Below are positions 53,297-61,569 of a DNA stretch of 64,000 bases, piece by piece. Source of the stretch: Candidatus Micrarchaeia archaeon (lineage in GTDB: Archaea > Micrarchaeota > Micrarchaeia > Anstonellales > Bilamarchaeaceae); assembly GCA_041649555.1 (NCBI GenBank), contig JBAZMS010000001.1:119219-183218 (forward strand). The letters are read 5' to 3'. The notes below the pieces were generated by a model that searched no databases, was not told the origin of the DNA, and worked only from the letters and a program-made list of their open reading frames with translations. The translations under genes were made by a program, and so were the position numbers. How positions within the stretch are numbered: the stretch's first letter is position 1; each line of letters begins with the position of its first letter.

Positions 53297-54522
53297 TTAC
53301 AAAAAAAGAAGTATTAGAGTTAATACAACAAGGAAAAACTGAAGAATTGATTTCATTAGGACCTAAAATAGCAGAGCCTCTATTAGCCATATTAGAATAT
53401 TCAGATCTCCCTGAAATTCATATGATTGCAAGCGTATTGGCTGAACTGGCAAAAAAATATGAATGCATCTTTCAGCGACTAACCAAGGAGCTGAATTTCA
53501 AAAAATTCAAGAATAATTTAAATCTCAGGATAGGTTGTGCAGAAGCATTAGGAAAAACAGCATCCCCTGTAGCAGTCATTTTTCTTCTTGACAGCTTAGG
53601 ATGCGACCCAGACCCCAACGTCCGAATCTTATGTGCGAAAGCCTTAGGAGAGATAGGAGATCCAAGAGCAGTAGATGGATTAAAGAAAAGTATCTATGAT
53701 TATGAGTATGTTAATAGGGCGTCCGTTTCCGCGTTGAAAAGGATAGGAACCCAGAAGGCACTTAATTCATTAGCCTGGAAATTAAGGTCTGAAAATATCC
53801 TATTCGATATCTGTGAAGAGGCTCTTATAACCACCGGTGGTTTGAAGGTATTACAAGCATTAATACATAGCATGGGCATCATGCATAATGGAAATCCATC
53901 TCATCGTGACAGCTGTGTAAAAATCTTTACAGAATTGGGCAAAAAAGATGAAATTTTTTTTCAGGGTTTGATCCATGAATTTGAAAATAATCAGAATTGG
54001 GTCGTTAGAGAAATATGTGCAAGAGCATTTGAACTTATAAAAAACCCAAAAGCAGTAAAAGTATTAATAGAAGGATTAAAGGATAATCGTGTGGAGGTCA
54101 AATTAGCGTGCATCTCTGCATTAGGTTCAATCGGAGGTCCTGGCGTAATTGATTTGTTAATAATCCATTTAGCAGACAGCTCCCTTGGTTTTAAATGCGC
54201 AAAAGCACTGGAAAATATAAAAGATCCAAGAGGTCTGCACTTCAAAAAAATAATTTATGACCGCGCAGAGAGTTATGAATCCGTATGTTATATATCAAAA
54301 ATAGGAATAGAAAAAACCCGGGTAATAATTCTTGAATATCTAGAAATGATAAAAGACCATTATCCGAAAGAGAAACTAGCTAAAATCAAAATCAACTTGT
54401 TCTCATTTTACAGAAGAGCGTTCAACTCTACTTCTAGACCACCAATGGAGTTACCTATCTTTGCCGTTAAACCTAAAAAGGTCGGTCCTAGGATATGTGC
54501 TAGATTAACGGTTGTAATATGA
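53293..54522 (+). CDS. HEAT-repeat paralogue C, 409 aa
   Basis: ATGA overlap with B. Starts MITKKEVLELIQQGKTEELISLG, has HEAT repeats, and ends in a more divergent tail MELPIFAVKPKKVGPRICARLTVVI. Confidence 0.8.
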   Translation: MITKKEVLELIQQGKTEELISLGPKIAEPLLAILEYSDLPEIHMIASVLAELAKKYECIFQRLTKELNFKKFKNNLNLRIGCAEALGKTASPVAVIFLLDSLGCDPDPNVRILCAKALGEIGDPRAVDGLKKSIYDYEYVNRASVSALKRIGTQKALNSLAWKLRSENILFDICEEALITTGGLKVLQALIHSMGIMHNGNPSHRDSCVKIFTELGKKDEIFFQGLIHEFENNQNWVVREICARAFELIKNPKAVKVLIEGLKDNRVEVKLACISALGSIGGPGVIDLLIIHLADSSLGFKCAKALENIKDPRGLHFKKIIYDRAESYESVCYISKIGIEKTRVIILEYLEMIKDHYPKEKLAKIKINLFSFYRRAFNSTSRPPMELPIFAVKPKKVGPRICARLTVVI

Positions 54523-55349
54523 TTACAAAAAAAGAAGTATTAGAGTTAATACAACAAGGAAAAACAAATGAATTAGTTAAATTAGGAAGCAGAGCAGTAA
54601 AACCCATGATATCATTATTATCACATTCAAGTATAAAAGTTAGAAATGGATGTATCGAAGCACTAGCAGAAATAGCGAAAACAGATGAAAATACTCTCCA
54701 GAGACTAATTCAAGAATTAAAAACTAATAAAAAATGTAAAACTAGGATAGGTTGTGCAGATGTATTAGGTTTTATACGGGATTCAAGAGTAGCAGAACCG
54801 TTAATAAAGGAATTAAAAACTAGTCGAGATTGGCTCGTTGGACGAAGTTGTGCAATTTCGCTAAGTCGGATAATAGACCCAAAAGCAGTAAAAGTATTAA
54901 TAGAAGGATTAAAGGATGAGGATTCAGATGTTAGAAAACCGTGCGCAGCTGCATTAGGTATAATTGGGGATATAACGGCAGTAGACTTTCTAATCTTAGG
55001 ATTAACGGATAATAATGTTAATCATCCTTTTGCACATGCATTAGAAAATATAAACGATCCAAGAGGTCTTGCTTTCAAGAAAGTTATCTATGACAAAGAC
55101 AAGGATTATGCATTAAAGATAGGAATAGAAAAAACCAGAGCAACCATAAAAGAATATCTAGAACTTATAAAAAATCATTATTCTAAAGAAAGGATAGGTG
55201 AAATTAAAGTTGAGTTATATATCTTTTACAGAAAAGTATTTGAAAAGGCAACAGACTTGAAGCCATGTATGAAGTTACCTGAACTAAAGATAAAACCACC
55301 AAAGAGAGGCCCTGAAATATGTGCCAGATTAATGACGGTAAGGGTATGA
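54519..55349 (+). CDS. HEAT-repeat paralogue D, 276 aa
   Basis: ATGA overlap with C. Starts MITKKEVLELIQQGKTNELVKLG and ends MKLPELKIKPPKRGPEICARLMTVRV. Confidence 0.8.
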   Translation: MITKKEVLELIQQGKTNELVKLGSRAVKPMISLLSHSSIKVRNGCIEALAEIAKTDENTLQRLIQELKTNKKCKTRIGCADVLGFIRDSRVAEPLIKELKTSRDWLVGRSCAISLSRIIDPKAVKVLIEGLKDEDSDVRKPCAAALGIIGDITAVDFLILGLTDNNVNHPFAHALENINDPRGLAFKKVIYDKDKDYALKIGIEKTRATIKEYLELIKNHYSKERIGEIKVELYIFYRKVFEKATDLKPCMKLPELKIKPPKRGPEICARLMTVRV

Positions 55350-55519
55350 TTACAAAAGAAGAAGTATTAAAATTAATACAACAAGGAAAAACTGAAGAAT
55401 TGATTTCATTATGACCTAAAATAGAGTTGCCCCAGTTAAGCATCAAAAAACCAAAGCATCCATATAAGATATATTATCCTTCAAAAAATTCGCATTTAGC
55501 TCAAACATTAATAAACTAA
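55346..55519 (+). pseudogene. Collapsed HEAT-family paralogue: N-module fused to a degenerate C-tail, interrupted by an in-frame TGA
   Basis: ATGA overlap with D. Reads MITKEEVLKLIQQGKTEELISL, then TGA (55412-55414; paralogue C has GGA Gly at this position), then in frame PKIELPQLSIKKPKHPYKIYYPSK..., which resembles the family tail ELPELKIKPPKRGPEI. Confidence 0.7.
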
Positions 55520-55563
55520 CACTTTAAAAATCTTTTTATATTAATTATATTAGGTGTAATTTT

Positions 55564-56640
55564 ATGAATTCAGCCAATAACAATTGTGTAATGCGAGAAT
55601 TAAATCCGCCTACTTTGGCAAATGGAAGTTATAGACGGACGAGGGGAGGAATTTTTATTCCAGAAAGGAATGTTCTGTTAGACACCCTGAAAAAAACAAT
55701 AGTTCCACCAGATAAAAAGCTAAATTATATCCCTTATGGTGATGAACTTAATTCGCTAGAAATAGCACAGAAAACAGGACAGGCTGTTCTTTTTGCAGGT
55801 CCAACAGGAGTTGGAAAAAGTATGCTTGCCCTGAAATATGCTCAAAATACTGGCCTACCCTTTCTTTATTCCACATGCGATCCGGATAAGACGCAGGGCC
55901 AATTAATGGGAAAGCCAAATTTATTATTTTCTGTAGTTGAATTGGATGGAAAGCCCTTTGTAATCAGCAATCAGGTTTTTATGCCCTCAAATATTTCTAT
56001 TGCTGGTCTTGCTGGAGAAAAGGTTATAATTTTTATAGACGAACTCCATAAACTAAGAAAGGATGTTGATGTATTATTCCACCCTCTTTTACAGGAGAGA
56101 ATAGTGAACTTGTCTGATCACTTAGGTCCAGGAGAGATTTATAATTTACATCCCGAATCTCTCATAATCTTTTCTTTGAATCCTTATTACGGCGACAGTG
56201 GAATTGAAAAGGTCGGCCCTGCGATGCGACAAAGAGTCAAGACACTCTATTTTCCGATGATTACTGATGAAAATAAAATTTTTGAAATTGTAAAGGCAAA
56301 TGTTGATGGTTATGAAAATTTGGCAAAGGATAAACAGGAGACATTTAAACGGATAGTTCTTATGAGCATGGCTATTGCTAGAATTTATCTTGAATACAAA
56401 AAACAGGGAACTACGAATCAGGATGATTTAACATTAAAAAATGAGTTAAAAAATAGTCTTCCTTTAATTAATGAAGCGCCTTCACCACGATTACTTGTTA
56501 ATGTTGCCAAGTGTATAGTAGCAGGCCAGAATCCTCGCGATGCATTGATAGAAGGACTTTTTAATGCAATAACCAATGACTTTGGTTTGACTACAAATGG
56601 ATTTTTAACCCAGGCAATGTCATGGTATAATATCAGATGA
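55564..56640 (+). CDS. MoxR-class AAA+ ATPase, CbbQ/NorQ/GvpN-like (AAA_5)
   Basis: Walker A FAGPTGVGKSM, Walker B VIIFIDELH, sensor-1 IFSLNP, Arg-finger region GPAMRQRV, sensor-2 SPRLL. 358 aa. Own TATA-like (CTTTTTATATTA) and AGGTG upstream. Confidence 0.85.
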   Translation: MNSANNNCVMRELNPPTLANGSYRRTRGGIFIPERNVLLDTLKKTIVPPDKKLNYIPYGDELNSLEIAQKTGQAVLFAGPTGVGKSMLALKYAQNTGLPFLYSTCDPDKTQGQLMGKPNLLFSVVELDGKPFVISNQVFMPSNISIAGLAGEKVIIFIDELHKLRKDVDVLFHPLLQERIVNLSDHLGPGEIYNLHPESLIIFSLNPYYGDSGIEKVGPAMRQRVKTLYFPMITDENKIFEIVKANVDGYENLAKDKQETFKRIVLMSMAIARIYLEYKKQGTTNQDDLTLKNELKNSLPLINEAPSPRLLVNVAKCIVAGQNPRDALIEGLFNAITNDFGLTTNGFLTQAMSWYNIR

Positions 56641-56652
56641 TGGTTGTCTTCA

Positions 56653-59283
56653 ATGTCCAAATTAAAGGAAAAACTAACTGGAAAAATAGTTCCTTTTAAA
56701 CCTGTTAAACCTAAAAATGATCCTCTTCTCGAGGAGTTTGATAAAGTAAGATTATGTATGGATGCAGCAGTATCTAGATTTGGAGAATTAATTTTTGAGG
56801 CCAAAGAAGAAGAAAAAAAGAAGGAAATGAAAGAAAACTTTCCTGTTTTAAAGAAATTAATCAATTCTCTTTTATCAGGAGACAAAGAATCACAAGACAG
56901 GTTGCTGTTTTTTGCCCATTGCATGGTCGAACTGAATTCCTCCGGCCATTATATCTCTAGGGATTATCTGATTGAAAATGCACTAACTATTCTAAGTCAC
57001 AGTGCGTGGAAGGTAAGCCAATTGCAATATTGCCTCTCTGAATTTCAGAGCGATATAACCAGTTATTTTTTTATGACATATTTTCTCCCTAAAATTGGTG
57101 AAAGGGTTTATTGGAATACCTTTGTCTCTGAATTGAATAATTACGAAGAGGATTATGTCTATAAATGTTTGGCCGAAGATCTTTTAGCAGAGTATCTTAT
57201 ACATTTTAATGAAACTGTAATGCTGGCAGAGGAAGCAGTTTATAAATATGGATTAGTGCGATACCCTCAGTTAATTTTTGGAAAAGATATGCCTATTGAA
57301 ATAGGAAAAGAAGATAGTTTTCACACAAATTCCAGCGGCAAAATAGTAATCCCGCCATATGTTAATACTTTTCAAAGCAAGGAGGAAAATTCACTAGTAT
57401 ATCTAATCCTTTTTCATCATGAGATGGGGCACCATCTTTTCAGAACCTTTGATGTGAATCTGGACCCCAGGATTTTCGATTATCAGGCTTTCAGAGTTAG
57501 ATATCTCAGGCATACCACGCATAAGGGCCAGCTTGAAATTACTGTTGAAAGAGAAGGAACGGAAATAAAAGTAAATTCATTTGCAAAACTACTCTACCTT
57601 GTCAAATATCCCATATTACTACATTTTCTTCACAATATTGTTGATGACGGCAGGATAGATGCCAACAATATCGAGCGCTTTTCCGGGATAGCTGAAGACT
57701 ACAGGCAAATTGTGGAAAAACATTTTGAAAAAAGATGCAAGCTTGAACATTCTGATCTGGGAACTTTTCTTGAGGCCATGCTCCAGTACGCAATTGTTGG
57801 AAAGACAAGAAACGAGGTTCCGGCCGGTCTGAAAGCAAAGTTTAACAAGGCAAGAAAGATAATGAATGAGATGGATTTTGGTCCTGAAACTGATGGAACA
57901 GATTCAATGAATGTTGCAATAAAACTTTATAATCTTGTATTAGAGGATTTTGAGCAGTTGGTAAAGAATCTTTCAGAAAGAGAACTACCAGAATCGATGA
58001 TGAATTCTTCTACTGACTCGGGCAAAGCTCCAAACCTTATTATGAAAGATCCTCCTTGCAAGAAACAAAAAAGGAGGCCGGGGGTAAATCCGTTCGATTT
58101 GATCAATAATGATTCAGAACCCGGGGATAATAATGGGGAGGATGTTCCTTTGGAACCTACCTCCGAACCAAACAAAAAGAAAAATCCAGAAAATAGCAGT
58201 GGTGAAGAAGGCGAAGAGGAAAACAAACCCGGAAAAAAAAGCGATAAAAAACCAGAAGAAAATGATGATGAACCAAAAGCAGAAAATGGCAGTGGTGAAG
58301 AAGGCGAAAAGGAAAAAAAACCAGAAAAAACAGGAGACAATAATCCTGCAGGGGCAAATCCGTATGGGAATCTTAAAACAGGAGAGCAAGGTGACGCAAA
58401 TAGAAATGATCGAAACACTCCCACAATTTTCTATTATGATGGTTGGGACGGATTCAAGCAAGTATTTGAAGAACACAGGGTAGAGCAATTGCATGCAGAC
58501 GGCAAACTCCTTACATACGATCCTGCAGAAGAGGAAAAAATAAGGAGAACATTCAGGAAATATGCCCCAAAGACAGGAGTTCTGGTTAGAGGAACTGAAG
58601 ATGGAGACATTGACCCGGAATTACTATCTCAATATTTTCTCGATCTGAGGGCAGGAAAACTCGAGGACATGAATTTTTATCAGAGAGTATTATATGAGCA
58701 GAGGGATGTTGCAACAATGGTTCTTGTAGATTTAAGCGGAAGTGCCCTAATTGTAAAACCGCAGATACTTGATTCCTGCGCAGTACTCGGAGTGGCAAGC
58801 GATACCCTCCATGATCCGTTGCTTATTGCAGGATTCAGCGGAGATCTTGGCGATGAGAAATTTATTGTTATGAAGGGCATTCATGAAAAAGACATCACTT
58901 CCAGCGAATACAGCTCTAATACTCCATTAGGGGGTCCATTAAGGCATTGTAGTTATTTGATGGGAAATGTCTATGAATTAAAATGCAAGGGATTTAAACA
59001 GCTTTTTGTGATAACTGACGGGGCTGCCAATGTTGGAAAAAATCCAGTAGAAGATGCGAAAAAGGCAGTTGAAGAGGCTTGGAAAAAGTACAGGATCAAT
59101 GTTATGGCATTCGGGATATTAAATCAAGATGGTCCAGTATCTTATAGCGAGATGGAAAAATACCTTGAATCTGTATTTGGGGCTGGAAATTATTTTATAA
59201 TAACTGATAAAGATGTTGACAACAAATTTTTGCATCATTACTTCGAGAGATATTACCGGAAACAGGTAAATAAAGTGAGGTAA
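56653..59283 (+). CDS. CbbO/NorD-like von Willebrand factor A protein with an HExxH-containing N-domain and an acidic repeat linker
   Basis: NorD/CbbO-like FYYDGWD motif. DLRAGKLEDMNFYQRVLYEQRDVATMVLVDLSGS contains a MIDAS DxSxS, and ...FVITDGAANVG follows. HHEMGHH lies at 57415-57435. A 31-aa E/K/G-rich repeat starts at 58189 and 58282. ATG at 56653; a TTG at 56644 is also possible. Confidence 0.8.
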   Translation: MSKLKEKLTGKIVPFKPVKPKNDPLLEEFDKVRLCMDAAVSRFGELIFEAKEEEKKKEMKENFPVLKKLINSLLSGDKESQDRLLFFAHCMVELNSSGHYISRDYLIENALTILSHSAWKVSQLQYCLSEFQSDITSYFFMTYFLPKIGERVYWNTFVSELNNYEEDYVYKCLAEDLLAEYLIHFNETVMLAEEAVYKYGLVRYPQLIFGKDMPIEIGKEDSFHTNSSGKIVIPPYVNTFQSKEENSLVYLILFHHEMGHHLFRTFDVNLDPRIFDYQAFRVRYLRHTTHKGQLEITVEREGTEIKVNSFAKLLYLVKYPILLHFLHNIVDDGRIDANNIERFSGIAEDYRQIVEKHFEKRCKLEHSDLGTFLEAMLQYAIVGKTRNEVPAGLKAKFNKARKIMNEMDFGPETDGTDSMNVAIKLYNLVLEDFEQLVKNLSERELPESMMNSSTDSGKAPNLIMKDPPCKKQKRRPGVNPFDLINNDSEPGDNNGEDVPLEPTSEPNKKKNPENSSGEEGEEENKPGKKSDKKPEENDDEPKAENGSGEEGEKEKKPEKTGDNNPAGANPYGNLKTGEQGDANRNDRNTPTIFYYDGWDGFKQVFEEHRVEQLHADGKLLTYDPAEEEKIRRTFRKYAPKTGVLVRGTEDGDIDPELLSQYFLDLRAGKLEDMNFYQRVLYEQRDVATMVLVDLSGSALIVKPQILDSCAVLGVASDTLHDPLLIAGFSGDLGDEKFIVMKGIHEKDITSSEYSSNTPLGGPLRHCSYLMGNVYELKCKGFKQLFVITDGAANVGKNPVEDAKKAVEEAWKKYRINVMAFGILNQDGPVSYSEMEKYLESVFGAGNYFIITDKDVDNKFLHHYFERYYRKQVNKVR

Positions 59284-59344
59284 TGCAATGGTGAGCTTTT
59301 ATGATATCTAATATTGGATTCATTTTCAGACTTAGGGGTTGAAT

Positions 59345-60514
59345 ATGACCACAGAAATATCAAAATTAATGGAACTTGGGAAAAAAGAAGAATTAGTTAA
59401 ACTAGGTCCTGAAGCAGTAGAATCTATCATACCCCGGTTATCCAGTTCGTATTTACATCTCAAAGAGTATCGCATAGAAGCATTGGCAGAAATAGCAAAA
59501 ACAGATGAAGGTGGTTTCCAGAGACTAATTAAAGAATTAGTAACTAATGAAAATTGGAGGGTTAAAGCAGGTTGTGCAGAAGCATTAGGTCTAATAGGAG
59601 ATCTAAGAGCAGTAGGAGCATTAATAGAAGGATTAAAAGATAAAGATTTAGATGTTAGAGAAGCCTACATGAAAGCCTTAGTAGAAATAGCAAAAACAGA
59701 TGAAGGTGGTTTCCAAAAACTAATAATTAAATTAGGAATTGGAGTGGTAACTGATTTAATAAAGGAGCTAAAATATTATCATGAGTCTGCAATTAAAGAA
59801 TATATCATACAAACATTAGCCGAAATAGCAAAAACAGATGAAAAAACCTTCCAGATACTACTTAAAGAATTAGAAACTAATGAAAGTTGGTGGATTAAAA
59901 TAGATTGTGCAAAAGCACTAGGTCTAATAGGAGATCCAAGAGCAGTAGGAACATTAATAGAAGGATTAAAAGATAAAGATTCAGATGTTAGAAAAGCCTG
60001 CATGAAAGCCTTAGTAGAAATAGCAAAAACAGATGAAAATACTTTAGAACTCTTGATTCAGACATTAAAAAATACTTTAGGTCTGAATGTTAAGTTTCAC
60101 TGTGCAAAAGCATTAGGGCAGATAGGAGATCCAAGAGCAGTAGGAGTATTAATAGAAGTATTAAAGGATGAAGATTCAGATGTTAGTGAATCCTGCGCAA
60201 AAGCATTAGAAAATATAAACGATCCAAGAGGTCTGCACTTCAAAAAAATAATTTATAATAAAAGTGAAGATTATGCTCTAGAACTAGGAATAGAAAAAAC
60301 TAGAGCAACCATAAAAGAATATCTAGAACTTATAAAAAATCATTATTCTAAAGAAAGAATAGGTGAAATTAAAGTTGAGTTATATATCTTTTACAGAAAA
60401 GTATTTGAAAAGGCAACAGACTTGAAGCCATGTATGGATTTACCTAAACTAGAGATAAAACCACTAAAGAGAGGCCCTGAAATATATGCCAAATTAATGG
60501 GGATAGGATTATGA
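59345..60514 (+). CDS. HEAT-repeat paralogue E, 389 aa
   Basis: N-module variant MTTEISKLMELGKKEELVKLG. Four near-identical ALxEIAKTDE..FQ.LIKEL..NE.W..K..CA.ALGLIGD.RAVG.LIEGLKDKD.DVR units. Family C-module ending MDLPKLEIKPLKRGPEIYAKLMGIGL. Confidence 0.8.
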   Translation: MTTEISKLMELGKKEELVKLGPEAVESIIPRLSSSYLHLKEYRIEALAEIAKTDEGGFQRLIKELVTNENWRVKAGCAEALGLIGDLRAVGALIEGLKDKDLDVREAYMKALVEIAKTDEGGFQKLIIKLGIGVVTDLIKELKYYHESAIKEYIIQTLAEIAKTDEKTFQILLKELETNESWWIKIDCAKALGLIGDPRAVGTLIEGLKDKDSDVRKACMKALVEIAKTDENTLELLIQTLKNTLGLNVKFHCAKALGQIGDPRAVGVLIEVLKDEDSDVSESCAKALENINDPRGLHFKKIIYNKSEDYALELGIEKTRATIKEYLELIKNHYSKERIGEIKVELYIFYRKVFEKATDLKPCMDLPKLEIKPLKRGPEIYAKLMGIGL

Positions 60515-61569
60515 TTACAAAAGAAGTATTAGAGTTAATACAACAAGGAAAAACAAATGAACTAGTTAAATTAGGAAGCATAGTAGTAGAGCCCATGATA
60601 TTATTATTATCAGATTCAGGTATAGAAGTCAGGAACGGATGTATTGAGGCACTGGCAGAAATAGCAAAAACAGATGAAAATACTTTAAAACTCTTGATTC
60701 AGACATTAAAAAATAATTTAGATCCGAATGTTAAGTTTCACTGTGCAAAAGCATTAGGGCAGATAGAGGATCCAAAAGCAATAAGCGCATTAATTTTTAT
60801 GATGGAATATGGTGGATGCAATCTTTCTGAAGTTTGTTTGGACATATTAGTTAAACTTGCAAGAAGAAATAAGGATGTTGTTGATCAATTAATCATTGAA
60901 TTTGAAAATCCCCCCCCCATAATCATAAGAGGCTATGGGTGTTGCGCAGAAGCCTTGGGCGAAATAGGAGATAAAAAAGCAACAGCTGTTTTATTTAATG
61001 GATTGCGTAATTATTTTATGATAAGAGAATTATGTGCTAATGCCTTGGCAAAAATAGCAGAAAGAGACGAAGAAACATTTGAATTATTAGTTGAAGGATT
61101 AAATGACTCTACTCTTTTTGTTAGAAAGGCCTGCGCAGGAGCTTTGGGCAAAATAAAAGATAAAAGAGCAGTAGATCCCCTGATAAGAGGCTTGCAAGAT
61201 CCTGAACCTGAATTTAAACAAGCCTGTGCTAATGCACTCGAGAACATAAATGATCAAAGAGGCGTACATTTCAAGAGAATTATTCATGATAGATTTTATG
61301 ATATCATTCCTGGTTCTGCGCAGCATTATGCATTAAAAATAGGAATGCAAAAAACCCTTGAGATTATTAGGGAATATTTAGAATTAATAAAAAAAGATTA
61401 TCCAAAAGGAGAAATAAAAGAGATTCGGGTAAGTTTGTTTGATTTTTACAGAAAGGCATTTGAAAAAAGTTCTGCGCACAGAGTTAGGTTGGAATTACCT
61501 GAATTAAAGATAAAACCACCAAAGAGAGGTCCTGAAATATGTGCCAGATTAATGAGGATAGGATTATGA
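60511..61569 (+). CDS. HEAT-repeat paralogue F, 352 aa
   Basis: ATGA overlap with E. Starts MITKEVLELIQQGKTNELVKLG and ends LELPELKIKPPKRGPEICARLMRIGL. Confidence 0.8.
   Translation: MITKEVLELIQQGKTNELVKLGSIVVEPMILLLSDSGIEVRNGCIEALAEIAKTDENTLKLLIQTLKNNLDPNVKFHCAKALGQIEDPKAISALIFMMEYGGCNLSEVCLDILVKLARRNKDVVDQLIIEFENPPPIIIRGYGCCAEALGEIGDKKATAVLFNGLRNYFMIRELCANALAKIAERDEETFELLVEGLNDSTLFVRKACAGALGKIKDKRAVDPLIRGLQDPEPEFKQACANALENINDQRGVHFKRIIHDRFYDIIPGSAQHYALKIGMQKTLEIIREYLELIKKDYPKGEIKEIRVSLFDFYRKAFEKSSAHRVRLELPELKIKPPKRGPEICARLMRIGL

Noticed and set aside
57927-58494. Several overlapping ORFs on both strands (57927-58424, 58109-58483, 58114-58494, 58157-58357)
   Set aside because: They arise from the purine-rich low-complexity linker of the VWA gene, which stays open in many frames.
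55564-59283. Interpretation of the AAA+/VWA pair as cobaltochelatase CobS/CobT, prompted by the acidic linker and the cobalamin adenosyltransferase at 49558-50097
   Set aside because: No CobN-like gene is present and the adenosyltransferase is 5 kb away on the other strand. The VWA protein also shows the NorD/CbbO-type Y.GWD and RD.A..L.DLSGS motifs. CobS/CobT-like ancestry cannot be excluded without profile searches.
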